The notes below the pieces were generated by a model. It saw nothing but the letters and a program-made list of their open reading frames with translations, did not search any database and was not told the origin of the DNA. From the sequence record NC_049850.1: 64,000 nucleotides of DNA. One strand, given 5' to 3'. Positions within the stretch are counted from its first letter, which is position 1. The number at the start of each line of letters is the position of its first letter. A program made the translations under genes and the position numbers. Positions 18,519-27,458 of this stretch are shown piece after piece.

Positions 18519-18785
18519 TTATTCGTAGAAGATCACGATGTCGACCACATCACCCTTCCCACTGGAGTGCGCGTAGTACCGGAACTGCGTGCCATCGTAA
18601 CTCAGGTCCCAGTCGTGCATTCGGTCGTCGATGAAAACCGTACGATGATGAACCTTGCCCATTTCGTTCAATCCTTGCTCATCGAGCAAAAGACAGATCG
18701 AATCGACACGGCCTTTCACACACTTTGGCAACTCGTACCACTGGAGGCTGTCGTTCTGGACGCCCGTGACGATCACGCACTTCAT
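18519..18785 (-). CDS. hypothetical protein
   Basis: 88 aa. Confidence 0.7.
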   Translation of the reverse strand: MKCVIVTGVQNDSLQWYELPKCVKGRVDSICLLLDEQGLNEMGKVHHRTVFIDDRMHDWDLSYDGTQFRYYAHSSGKGDVVDIVIFYE

Positions 18786-19195
18786 TGCTTGCCGTGCCTG
18801 TAGAGGTGGCAGTGCGCTTCGTACGCTTGGCGTGCGAGCCCGATGGCCGCGTCCAGTTCGCGCGACGCGTGGTCCACGTGCAACGTCGAAGACAGGACAC
18901 CCTTGGTCTCGACCGTGAGTTTCGCCTTATACGTCAGTGTCTTGTCGTCGACCGAGATCACGAGCGCTGCGCCGTTCTTCGTGTCGTCGAACAGGACATA
19001 CTCACCATCAACCTTGTCCTTGTAGACACTATCGGCAACGACACCGCCAATGGTCGAGTACAGGACAGTCATGCCCTTCTGGATCATGGCCTCGCGCCAC
19101 GCGGTGTGGAACGCGCGCAACTCGCTGTTCATTTCGGTAACGCGTTCGCGTGCCTTCTTGCGGATGCTGTCGAGAACGGGGGTGTCGATACGCAT
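18782..19195 (-). CDS. hypothetical protein
   Basis: 137 aa, TAATG coupling. Confidence 0.75.
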   Translation of the reverse strand: MRIDTPVLDSIRKKARERVTEMNSELRAFHTAWREAMIQKGMTVLYSTIGGVVADSVYKDKVDGEYVLFDDTKNGAALVISVDDKTLTYKAKLTVETKGVLSSTLHVDHASRELDAAIGLARQAYEAHCHLYRHGKQ

Positions 19196-19479
19196 TAGCT
19201 GCTCTCCTTGTCAAACTTCATGATGTCGATGTGCACGCCGATGGCTTCGTAGCTCTGCGATGCGTACACGGCCACGGCGTCGTCTACGATCAGGTACTCG
19301 TAGACGAGTTCCCCACCGTCGACCGGACGGCCCGTCAGGTAGACCACAACGTCTTCCAGCTTCGTGCCGTTCACGTTGGGCTTACGCGCGTACTGCGTGG
19401 CAACCTGCTCGATCCACCACTTGACACCCTGCTCGTTGATGAACATGGGTTCCGTATTGCGCAGATTCATGAAGCTCAT
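19195..19479 (-). CDS. hypothetical protein
   Basis: 94 aa, AGGAGG RBS. Confidence 0.75.
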   Translation of the reverse strand: MSFMNLRNTEPMFINEQGVKWWIEQVATQYARKPNVNGTKLEDVVVYLTGRPVDGGELVYEYLIVDDAVAVYASQSYEAIGVHIDIMKFDKESS

Positions 19480-19772
19480 GCGGCCTCCTGTTGTGTTGCG
19501 GACGTGGCACATACCCACTCACTGGGTACGAACCTGATACGTCCTTGAGGTGAAGTCAAGAACAGGGCCATGGCCGGGCTTATCTCCCGACCCTCCCTGC
19601 TCGGCGCTGGGTCACACTTCTCGAACCCGAGTTCCGGGTTGAGCGAATCGTCTAGATCACGGGCTCTCTCCCAACCGTTAAGCCAGAGGGAACGCGCGAC
19701 GCCGGATTCAGGATTTTCATGTTGCCGTACACCATCCCAGTATGCCTCGTAACCGGCGCGACGTGCGCCCAT
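19476..19772 (-). CDS. protein with an N-terminal ribosome modulation factor (Rmf/CrpP)-like motif
   Basis: AGYEAYWDG...ENP...RSLWLNGWERA resembles the RMF pattern RGY.AG..G...CPY...RS.WLGGWREA. Confidence 0.55.
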   Translation of the reverse strand: MGARRAGYEAYWDGVRQHENPESGVARSLWLNGWERARDLDDSLNPELGFEKCDPAPSREGREISPAMALFLTSPQGRIRFVPSEWVCATSATQQEAA

Positions 19773-19774
19773 GG

Positions 19775-20026
19775 TCAGCCTTTATGCTCGTCTGCAACCA
19801 CCCGGAACTCCTTCAGGTGCTCCGCGTCCATGAGGCGCACGATCCGGCTCACTCTGTCGGCCACGGATCGGCATCGCGACTGATACTCGTCGAGGCGATC
19901 GATCTCGCTCGCGCTGCGCGACGTGAAGGCCGCGCGTTCTGCCCACCGGGCTTTGTCGTAGGCGACGCCAGCGATGAAGAGCAGGTCAGCCTTACTGAGT
20001 TCCTTGTTCAGATCGATACTGCTCAC
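19775..20026 (-). CDS. hypothetical protein, paralog of the next gene
   Basis: DLNKELS..DL...A...AERA shared. Confidence 0.75.
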   Translation of the reverse strand: MSSIDLNKELSKADLLFIAGVAYDKARWAERAAFTSRSASEIDRLDEYQSRCRSVADRVSRIVRLMDAEHLKEFRVVADEHKG

Positions 20027-20256
20027 AGCACACCTCCGATTTGAGGCGACTTAGCGGCATCACGCAGACGCACTGCGCGGCTAAGCTTGTCTGCCAAACG
20101 ACGCCGCTTGCACGCCTCTTCCAAGAACGGCAGTTCTTCTTTGGCAGTGGGGGCTTCGTACCCTGCGCGCTCGGCTCGGCGGGCATCGGCGTAGAGGATG
20201 TTGGCGGCCAGAATGAGGTCGCTCGTGCTGAGTTCCTTGTTCAGATCGAATTCCAT
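20023..20256 (-). CDS. hypothetical protein, paralog of the previous gene
   Basis: As above; AGGAG RBS. Confidence 0.75.
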   Translation of the reverse strand: MEFDLNKELSTSDLILAANILYADARRAERAGYEAPTAKEELPFLEEACKRRRLADKLSRAVRLRDAAKSPQIGGVL

Positions 20257-20283
20257 GCAATCTCCTAATCAGTTGATGCACGT

Positions 20284-20311
20284 ATTGTACACGGATCACA
20301 CACAATTGCAA
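20284..20311 (-). promoter_or_regulatory. sigma70-like promoter
   Basis: TTGCAA-N16-TACAAT with extended TG. Confidence 0.55.
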
Positions 20312-20328
20312 GCGGGAAACACAAAACG

Positions 20329-20357
20329 AAAAAGCCCGGCGGGGGACCGGGCTTTTT
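20329..20357. terminator. bidirectional-type terminator
   Basis: AAAAAGCCCGG...CCGGGCTTTTT. Confidence 0.85.
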
Positions 20358-20381
20358 CTTATGCTCGTGGCGCGACGTGTA

Positions 20382-20738
20382 TTACAGCGGGGCTGCGCCC
20401 GTCGGGAACGGATACGGCGACGACGGGATCGGCTTGGCGGTGACGACCGCTGCGTCTGCCGGGGCCGAGACGTTGATCGGTTGCGTGCCAGCCGGAGCCT
20501 TGGTGTTGACCGCGATGCCTGCCGGGACCGTCGACGGCTGTGCCGTGAACGTGTTGCTGCCGATCACGAGCGTCGTTTCGGCTGCGACGCCTGCGTTCGT
20601 GAGCGCACGCGCCTTGCTGCGGACCAGACCGCTGGCCATCAGGAACTTGACTGCCGGTTCTTTTGCCGTGAAGCTCTGGCTCTTGGCCGATGCGGTGCCT
20701 GCGTTGACCGTGACGTTCAGGATGTTCTTCGTGCTCAT
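20382..20738 (-). CDS. Ala/Thr/Pro-rich hypothetical protein (possible virion decoration)
   Basis: 118 aa, AAGGAG RBS, own terminator. Confidence 0.75.
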   Translation of the reverse strand: MSTKNILNVTVNAGTASAKSQSFTAKEPAVKFLMASGLVRSKARALTNAGVAAETTLVIGSNTFTAQPSTVPAGIAVNTKAPAGTQPINVSAPADAAVVTAKPIPSSPYPFPTGAAPL

Positions 20739-20793
20739 TTGCTTCTCCTTTCAGGTTGGTTGGTACTACTCTCTCACTACAGGCTGAAGTCTA

Positions 20794-21264
20794 TCAGCCG
20801 AACAGCTTGCTGTAAAGCTCTTTTTCCTCTGCTGCTACACGCGCTGCCTCACGCGCTTCTTCGATTTGACGCCGGATGTCCGACACGATGCGTCGCTTCT
20901 GGTGCTCGATGAAGACTTCCAGTTCGTTCAGCGGGAACACGATGTTCGCGAACACTTCCCGCACACGGCCATCGCGGTCGATGGTACGGAACGTGACGGT
21001 GGTATCGCTCTCGATATCCGCCTCCACAGTGCACCACGAGAATTCCTTGATGTGGCCGAAGCCGCAGTAGATAGCACCACGTTCTTGTGCCCGGCGTGCC
21101 GTTTCCTCGCCTACGAAACCGAGGGTGCCGTACACCTCGTTCAGCGTGTTGCGATTCTGCCGCACGAATGTCGAGAACAGACCATGCCGGTCGCTCTTGT
21201 CACGCACCCGAATCGGGAACAGTTCTTCACGCACCGCCGCGATAAGTTCTTGGTCAACTTCCAC
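20794..21264 (-). CDS. hypothetical protein
   Basis: 156 aa, GTG start, AAGGAG RBS. Confidence 0.75.
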   Translation of the reverse strand: MEVDQELIAAVREELFPIRVRDKSDRHGLFSTFVRQNRNTLNEVYGTLGFVGEETARRAQERGAIYCGFGHIKEFSWCTVEADIESDTTVTFRTIDRDGRVREVFANIVFPLNELEVFIEHQKRRIVSDIRRQIEEAREAARVAAEEKELYSKLFG

Positions 21265-21298
21265 CGTCTTGCTCCTTGTCGTTAAGTCGATGAAGTGA

Positions 21299-21326
21299 AT
21301 TATACAGGTTCTGAAGATCAGTGCAA
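21299..21326 (-). promoter_or_regulatory. sigma70-like promoter
   Basis: TTGCAC-N16-TATAAT with extended TG. Confidence 0.65.
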
Positions 21327-21347
21327 GTGTTTTTCACTTTCTTTTTA

Positions 21348-21542
21348 CTACACTCCCTTAATCAGCTTCGGGGTATCGTGTGCGCGATACACATCGCAGT
21401 GTACAGCCTCACCACGCTCGAAGCGTCGGTAGTGATACCACGTGCAGTGCGGACATTCAAGTATGAAGTCCCCAGTCACGTCGCGCCCCAAGCTAAGTCG
21501 GAACCAGCGACCGCAGTGCTTGCAGTAGTGATGGTCGATCAT
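21348..21542 (-). CDS. zinc-ribbon protein
   Basis: CKHC...CPHC. Confidence 0.7.
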   Translation of the reverse strand: MIDHHYCKHCGRWFRLSLGRDVTGDFILECPHCTWYHYRRFERGEAVHCDVYRAHDTPKLIKGV

Positions 21543-21892
21543 TTGCGGTGCGCTTTTGCTTTCTTTTTCGACGCATGGGTGTGGCCGTGCGCAGGCTTCA
21601 CGTTCCGAGCACGGACAGGGCTCGTGTCGCGAGCCTTACTGGGTGACAGGTCCACGTACTGCTTCTGCTCTTTGCAGAATACGCGATCTTCCGAGGTGTA
21701 CTGACCAGCAGCGTCGACGGAACGCGAGTTCGGGGCCACGATCTGCGTCATGGACGCAGCAGCCTCGTCACACACCTGCTTCGACGTGTACTGCTGCGAG
21801 TTCGGGACCTGCGTCTCCTGCATCTTGAACGCTATCTTCCCGTTCAGCAGGAGGACCGTGGCGGTTGTCAGGATGTACGTGGTTAGCGTCAT
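21539..21892 (-). CDS. hypothetical exported protein
   Basis: Hydrophobic N-terminus, two Cys. Confidence 0.7.
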   Translation of the reverse strand: MTLTTYILTTATVLLLNGKIAFKMQETQVPNSQQYTSKQVCDEAAASMTQIVAPNSRSVDAAGQYTSEDRVFCKEQKQYVDLSPSKARDTSPVRARNVKPAHGHTHASKKKAKAHRK

Positions 21893-22323
21893 CCGAACAA
21901 CTCGCGCAACGTGGGAACGAGGTCCGCGTACTTGAGGGTGTCGATCTCGCGGATCAACACGTCTTCACCGATGTCCGAATAGACTTCGGCGCGGATGCCC
22001 TTGCTCTTGAGGAATTCAGCCAGTCGGTTGGCCTCGGCAACACCGCGACTGTCGGGACGGAACGTCTGGATCACGATCATCGTGTTGTCGTCCACACGCT
22101 CGCGGGCAAAGCGCTCGCGACGGTGGGCGCACGAGGGCCCGGGCAGGCAGTGTCCACCGGTCATGAAGCAGCGGAAGCCGTTGTTCGTAACACCGGTCTT
22201 GGCCACAACGACCTCACGCAGCGGGCACTCAGCAGCGTCGTAGCCCGGATGGTTGTGGAACGGTGCGGAGCCCGGCAGCAGAGTCGACGAGCACGGCAGG
22301 TCTTCGTTACGGATCGGGTTCAT
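21889..22323 (-). CDS. hypothetical protein
   Basis: 144 aa, Cys/His-rich N-half. Confidence 0.7.
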   Translation of the reverse strand: MNPIRNEDLPCSSTLLPGSAPFHNHPGYDAAECPLREVVVAKTGVTNNGFRCFMTGGHCLPGPSCAHRRERFARERVDDNTMIVIQTFRPDSRGVAEANRLAEFLKSKGIRAEVYSDIGEDVLIREIDTLKYADLVPTLRELFG

Positions 22324-22387
22324 GGAAAGTTCTCGAAAGTTGGTATACCCGAATCATAGCGCAGCAACACATGAAACGCAAGCGCCA

Positions 22388-22417
22388 AAAGAAAAACCCG
22401 GCACGAGGCCGGGTCTG
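22388..22417 (-). terminator. terminator
   Basis: ACCCGGC-acga-GGCCGGGT, then TTTTCTTTT on the minus strand. Confidence 0.7.
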
Positions 22418-22418
22418 G

Positions 22419-22619
22419 TTACTGCTCGACTGATTCGTACTTCACGAGAAAGGCGCGAGTCACACGCGAGCGATATGCTTGACCGCCAGTGCGTTGCGCC
22501 GCTTTCTCTGCCGCACCCATGGTCTTGAAGACCGCGAGGTATCCGTCGACACACAGGTGGGGCTTTCCGGACGAGGGGAGGATGTGAATGCCCTCACCGC
22601 GCTTTAGGCCCCCGCGCAT
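22419..22619 (-). CDS. hypothetical protein
   Basis: 66 aa, coupled. Confidence 0.65.
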   Translation of the reverse strand: MRGGLKRGEGIHILPSSGKPHLCVDGYLAVFKTMGAAEKAAQRTGGQAYRSRVTRAFLVKYESVEQ

Positions 22620-23002
22620 CAGGCGCTCAGGTCAAGGCCGCGTGCCTTGAAGAAGTCGTGGATGATCTTCGTGCCCTCGACCGCTTGCTTGTAGCCTTCT
22701 GCGGCCAATGCCTCGTTGCGGCCCGGCAGCGCGTCGTCCATCTTGCGGAAGCCGAGACGCAGGAGCGTCAGGCCCTCGGCCCAGTCGCGGATGACCGGGA
22801 AACCTGCGGCGGTTGCCGCGTCTTGTTCTTTCTGGTTGTACGGCTGAACGTTCATCTTGATTCCTTGTTGAAGGGCGCAGAGTTTGGCCCAAAAGTCGGG
22901 GTCGGGTGCCGGGTCTGGCTTCGGCGTTCCGTCCTCGTTAAAACAGTAGAAGCCGCCTTCGCAACCTAGTGCGAGACAGCCTCCGGGTTTGCAATCTTTC
23001 AC
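22619..23002 (-). CDS. hypothetical protein
   Basis: GTG start overlapping the upstream TGA; GAGG RBS. Confidence 0.65.
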   Translation of the reverse strand: MKDCKPGGCLALGCEGGFYCFNEDGTPKPDPAPDPDFWAKLCALQQGIKMNVQPYNQKEQDAATAAGFPVIRDWAEGLTLLRLGFRKMDDALPGRNEALAAEGYKQAVEGTKIIHDFFKARGLDLSA

Positions 23003-23340
23003 TCTTGTACCTCGAAGAACATCTTGGCGATTGCTTCGCATGTGCGTTCCGCGATCTCGTTTGGTGACGAAGGCACGAACGGATCGCAGGCGCGGCCCCT
23101 GACGTGAATCAGGAGCGTACCATCGTCCCGGAAATCTAGGACAGTACCACGGTTAGCGAGCACGACGCGCGCGAAGTCATCGCCCATGACCAGCGGATTG
23201 AAGTAGCGCATGCGGCCCGTCTCATCCCTTACGTGCACGGCAACTGCGTCACGCACGCGGTACGTCATGTAGTCGAATCCAGATGCCCGGCAGCAGGTCC
23301 GGATCACCGAGATATCATGCTGGCTGTGGGAAACCTTCAT
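22999..23340 (-). CDS. hypothetical protein
   Basis: 113 aa. Confidence 0.65.
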   Translation of the reverse strand: MKVSHSQHDISVIRTCCRASGFDYMTYRVRDAVAVHVRDETGRMRYFNPLVMGDDFARVVLANRGTVLDFRDDGTLLIHVRGRACDPFVPSSPNEIAERTCEAIAKMFFEVQE

Positions 23341-23720
23341 GCGCTCACCGCTAACGTTCCGTCGTCTTCGGGCCACTCGTCGGCCTCCGACGGCCCCGCG
23401 CCATCCTCGTCACCGAAGTCGGCATCATCGTCGAGGTGCTGCGTCTCGATATCGGTCACGTGATCTGCTTCGAACGTGATGAGTTCTGGCATCGAACCGA
23501 GGTAGTAGTCGGTGTAACCCATCCACCCCTTCTGCGCCGAACCCGAGCCCGGGTAGATGTCAGCGTAGGTCAGGAAACACGGGTGCTCGTACCCGGCCCA
23601 ATCGCCCTCTGCGATCAGCGGGCTTGTGCCGTCCGGACCCACACCGATCTCGACGGCTACCAGACGATGGATCGTGTCACCCCACGAACCGGCCTTGTAC
23701 TCATGAATCAGCTTCATCAT
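23337..23720 (-). CDS. hypothetical protein with acidic C-terminus
   Basis: 127 aa, GGAGG RBS. Confidence 0.75.
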   Translation of the reverse strand: MMKLIHEYKAGSWGDTIHRLVAVEIGVGPDGTSPLIAEGDWAGYEHPCFLTYADIYPGSGSAQKGWMGYTDYYLGSMPELITFEADHVTDIETQHLDDDADFGDEDGAGPSEADEWPEDDGTLAVSA

Positions 23721-24712
23721 TCCTCCAGATAGGTTTTCAGCTTCGCGAAAAGCTTAGTGACTTGATTCTCGGTGAAACCAAAGTGTTCACGTGCGCGCTC
23801 AATGTAACGGGTGTAGTCCATTGAGTCAACAGCGGACGCATTGTCACGCTTTAGAAATTCCGAGAAATCTCGATCATGGTGTCCAGCACAGATCAGAAGA
23901 AACCGTTGCACATCGGGCCGCATGTTTTTCGAAAGCTGGACCAACGTCGTAAGGCTGTCGCGCAAGCCGCCCATGTATTGATCAGGAGCCGCCATATTCG
24001 AAAGCGCTTCGGTCGTAACCAGCCTCGATTCAAACTCACCTTTGTCGCCACCGCTCTTTAGTTGAAGGCGCTGACGGCTCGGGTTCGTGTGATACGAGAT
24101 CAGCGTCTTACCCGTGTTCGAGATCGTGGTCTTGGCCACGTTCGTGATGTGCAATTCCGAGTCGAAGCGCGGGTACTTCAGATACATGGCCCGCAATGCC
24201 TGCGTCGTCATGTCGTTCTTCAGGTCCTCGCGCTTCAGTCCGAAAGCAGGCTTCATCAGGAACTTCATCTTCTTATTCATGAACTTTCCAATGTAGCCAG
24301 ATCGTTCAAGTTCCTCGATCACTCCGTAAACCTTGGCCTGCCACGTTGCCAACCTGTACGCTGGGTACTTGAAGGACAGGTGGTTCAGGTTGAGACGACG
24401 AAGAAACCGAGCATCGTCCGCGTCGATCTTGAAATCGACTGCGCGTGGCTTCTCTCCACCCATGCGATGGCGGAAATACGCCCACGCGTACAGCTTGCAG
24501 TTGCAAAGCACGTAACCCGTGGCCCCTTGCAGGTCGATACCAATGCCTTCGGCACGGATAACGGCCAACACGCGGTCCACGGATTCAGGTTCGATTTCAC
24601 GCAACGTCGCGACCAGTGAATCTTGGTCGCGTCGCCCAAACAGGTAGGCGAAGGTCGCGCCTGCAAGCACGGGGAAGTTCTCTTCCCTGAAACCGAAAAT
24701 CTCCTTGAGCAT
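23717..24712 (-). CDS. putative divergent RNA polymerase sigma factor
   Basis: Region-2-like EDLKNDMTTQALRAMYLKYPRFDS...TISNTGKTLISYH; region-4-like C-terminal HTH (MRPDVQRFL...HFGFTENQVTKLFAKLK). Confidence 0.5.
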   Translation of the reverse strand: MLKEIFGFREENFPVLAGATFAYLFGRRDQDSLVATLREIEPESVDRVLAVIRAEGIGIDLQGATGYVLCNCKLYAWAYFRHRMGGEKPRAVDFKIDADDARFLRRLNLNHLSFKYPAYRLATWQAKVYGVIEELERSGYIGKFMNKKMKFLMKPAFGLKREDLKNDMTTQALRAMYLKYPRFDSELHITNVAKTTISNTGKTLISYHTNPSRQRLQLKSGGDKGEFESRLVTTEALSNMAAPDQYMGGLRDSLTTLVQLSKNMRPDVQRFLLICAGHHDRDFSEFLKRDNASAVDSMDYTRYIERAREHFGFTENQVTKLFAKLKTYLEE

Positions 24713-24744
24713 GACCTACTCCCTACACTACGTTGATGAAGCGC

Positions 24745-25863
24745 TTACTCGCCGTGCTTCAGCAGGTAGCTGTTGCTGATGGCCTTGAACGAGAAGCCCG
24801 ATTCCGCGTGCTTGTACACCTTGCCTTCAGCGGGCTTGCCGTTGATGCCCTTGTGCTCGGCGCGGGCCAGCAGATCGGCCTTCGTCTTCGCGATGTCGTT
24901 CAGACGGAAGTGGCCACCGACCGGAACGTGCTTGATGCCGAGTTCCTGAGCCAGATGCTCGACCTGAACCGGCGTCATGTATTCCTGCGCGTCGATGTCC
25001 CACACGTCGTACAGGAAGAACGCGTGCGTGTCTGCCGGGAAGCCTTCGAAGTTCGACTGGATCGACGAACCGCACATTTCACCTTGAAGCGCGAGCGAGC
25101 GGCCGAGTGCTGCCGTCTTCTCCAGAAGTTGCTCCTGACGCGCAATGCGCCAGAACATGTTGTCTTCGGTCTCGACGAGATCGAGGTTGCGCGAGCACAC
25201 GCTTTGCACGAGTTCCGGAAGCGCACCGTTTTCGTCAGCCTTTGCAAAACCAGCAAAGTACGGGCTGCTCGGAAGCAGAGTGTACGCGGTCAGCGACGAG
25301 CCGTCCATCTTCGTCGTTTCTTGGAAGACCTCTTCGCCCCACTTCTCGAACAGATCGCGGATGTTCTGCACGCGCTCCTGATCGGTCTTCGGGATGAAGT
25401 GCGGGAAGTTGCCGCGTGCGGTGCCGCGCAGGTTCGCAGGGAGCACCTTTTCCCACTTGACGATGCCCAGCGTTTCCGTCAGATCGACTTCAGCGATCTG
25501 CTTGTCGGTCAGGTCGGCCGCGCGATACGTCTTGTCCTCGACGCTGAAGTCGCTCAGTTCGGGGTACAGCGACAGCGGGAGCAGCAGGCCCTGCGAGAGT
25601 TGGCCTTTCAGCTTCATCGACTTGATGCGGGCACCGCGCTTGCCCTCGAACGTGATGAAGCGCGGTTCGAGGAACGCATAGCGCTCGTCGTCGGCCGACA
25701 GGAACGAGTCGATTTCGAAATAGACGCCGATATCGCCCACCTTGAATTCACCCTTCTTGACGACGCATTGCCAGCCGTCGATGAGGGCGAGTTCGATGAG
25801 ATCGGCACCCGTGATCGGTTCGAGTGCGGTGACGCGACGGAACGTTGCGAGTTTGCGAGTCAT
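24745..25863 (-). CDS. ATP-dependent RNA ligase, Rnl2/DRB0094 family
   Basis: KLATFRRV...GADLIE...GWQCVVKKGEF...YFEIDS; TTKMDGSS; QGEM; EGKVYK; FKAISN. Confidence 0.92.
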   Translation of the reverse strand: MTRKLATFRRVTALEPITGADLIELALIDGWQCVVKKGEFKVGDIGVYFEIDSFLSADDERYAFLEPRFITFEGKRGARIKSMKLKGQLSQGLLLPLSLYPELSDFSVEDKTYRAADLTDKQIAEVDLTETLGIVKWEKVLPANLRGTARGNFPHFIPKTDQERVQNIRDLFEKWGEEVFQETTKMDGSSLTAYTLLPSSPYFAGFAKADENGALPELVQSVCSRNLDLVETEDNMFWRIARQEQLLEKTAALGRSLALQGEMCGSSIQSNFEGFPADTHAFFLYDVWDIDAQEYMTPVQVEHLAQELGIKHVPVGGHFRLNDIAKTKADLLARAEHKGINGKPAEGKVYKHAESGFSFKAISNSYLLKHGE

Positions 25864-25884
25864 GTGTTTGTTGCCTCCTTGGCG

Positions 25885-26583
25885 CTAAACGTTGAATGCG
25901 ATTTCGTCGGTGCGCTTGCGCCGACGCGTTGCCTTACCTTCTGCCGGTGCCTCGTCCTTCGTCAGGAACCACTCGGGGACCGCATCGAGCGACGGCGGTT
26001 CATACGCTTCGACGACGCTCGACTTCTTGATCACCTTGTTCGACGGATCGAACACCAGACCTTGCTCGCGCAGGGACGCGCGTTTCTGCTTCCACTGCGA
26101 GAACGTGAGCAGCGAACCCGATTCGATGGACTCGGGGGGCATGTACATCGTGAACGACTTGCCGCGCTGCTGGCGGTCGGGGGAGCCGATCAGAATAACC
26201 TGCCCCTTCGACGTATAGCCCGCGACGTAGCCCACCAGATAATTCGACACGTACTCGGTGCCGACGCAGAAGTAGAACTTCTGGCCCGGTTCGTACTGCT
26301 TTTTCTTCTGACGCAGGAGCGCGGTCGCGATCCGGCGTTGCTTCGGATTCCAGTTTCGGAACAACGTCACGAATTGCACGAACTGATCCGAGTTACCGCA
26401 GAGTTGCGTGGCGTCAGGCGTGTAACAGGACGGGGCCACGGCCCCGGCCTTAATGCCTTCATCCTTGCAGATTTTCTCGTGGTCACTGTGGCGGTGTGCT
26501 TCCCAATGGAGGCATTCGCCACAGCGATAGCTGTCGGTCAACGCCTTGGGGAGCGCGGAAGTCAGCGAGTCTTTCTTTTGCAC
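25885..26583 (-). CDS. hypothetical protein with an N-terminal Cys cluster
   Basis: CGEC...C...C; AAAGG RBS. Confidence 0.8.
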   Translation of the reverse strand: MQKKDSLTSALPKALTDSYRCGECLHWEAHRHSDHEKICKDEGIKAGAVAPSCYTPDATQLCGNSDQFVQFVTLFRNWNPKQRRIATALLRQKKKQYEPGQKFYFCVGTEYVSNYLVGYVAGYTSKGQVILIGSPDRQQRGKSFTMYMPPESIESGSLLTFSQWKQKRASLREQGLVFDPSNKVIKKSSVVEAYEPPSLDAVPEWFLTKDEAPAEGKATRRRKRTDEIAFNV

Positions 26584-26665
26584 TTTGCGTCCTTTCGTGG
26601 TTGGTGTCAGAAAGGGGCCCGCAGACCCCGAATTAACAGCAGTCTATTACAGCAAGACTTGCGTG

Positions 26666-26998
26666 TCAAGCACCAACGATACGAGAGGTCGGGACTTTGA
26701 TGCCCGTGGTTTTCGTCACGTAGCTCGCGATCAGGTCTTCCGGGCACTGGCGCACGAACAACACCATGTCGTGCGGCATCGGGAACTCGTCGAGAGCGCC
26801 GAACACCTTGTGGTTCGAGAGGTACGGCGTGAGCATGACGCCGGTAGCGCCGTTGGGGCCCACGCCCGGGACCGCATGAAGTTCGAACGGCTTGTCGAGG
26901 CCGAGTTGCTTGTCGTTCTCGCCTGCGTAGCGTGCGATCACGGTCTGGCCGTTCTTGAGGTGGACCGCGATCACGGGCTGTTTCTGTGCTTCACTCAT
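26666..26998 (-). CDS. hypothetical protein, possible Sm/SH3-like fold
   Basis: VHLKNGQTVIAR...LDKPFEL; 110 aa. Confidence 0.7.
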   Translation of the reverse strand: MSEAQKQPVIAVHLKNGQTVIARYAGENDKQLGLDKPFELHAVPGVGPNGATGVMLTPYLSNHKVFGALDEFPMPHDMVLFVRQCPEDLIASYVTKTTGIKVPTSRIVGA

Positions 26999-27458
26999 TA
27001 CCGAAATTTCTCCTATACATGTTTTCGAGTGCGAGATAGAGGATGGATTCACGCGACTTGCACTTGGGGTACACCTTCTTGAGCCTGTCGACCATCGCCT
27101 TCTGCTTGCCGGTCAGTCGCAACATCACGAGCGCCGGTTTATTCGGATCGCCCTTTGTCGCGGCCCACGCATTGTACACGACGGTCGCGAGTTCGAGCAA
27201 TCTAGTTGCAGCCTTAGCGGGCTCCCCCTTCAGCAAATCGAAATGCGGTTTGCCAGACTGGAGACGCAGTGCGATAGCGTGCACACGGTTGTGGTGGTCA
27301 GCGCAAAGGGTGACGGTGGGGCCGTCGGTGCCACCGAAGTTACGGGGCACCACGTGATGCACTTCCCGGGATGCGGGCCCGGGCGGGACCGAATCCGTAA
27401 ACCGCTGCTCGCACACATAGCAATATTCGAGTATAACGTGCTTGACTTTTGTCGTCAT
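26991..27458 (-). CDS. HNH nuclease with a C-terminal RHH-like segment
   Basis: CYVC...EVHHVVP...GG...LCADHHNRVH; VMLRLTGKQKAMVDRLK...SRESILYLAL. Confidence 0.75.
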   Translation of the reverse strand: MTTKVKHVILEYCYVCEQRFTDSVPPGPASREVHHVVPRNFGGTDGPTVTLCADHHNRVHAIALRLQSGKPHFDLLKGEPAKAATRLLELATVVYNAWAATKGDPNKPALVMLRLTGKQKAMVDRLKKVYPKCKSRESILYLALENMYRRNFGNE

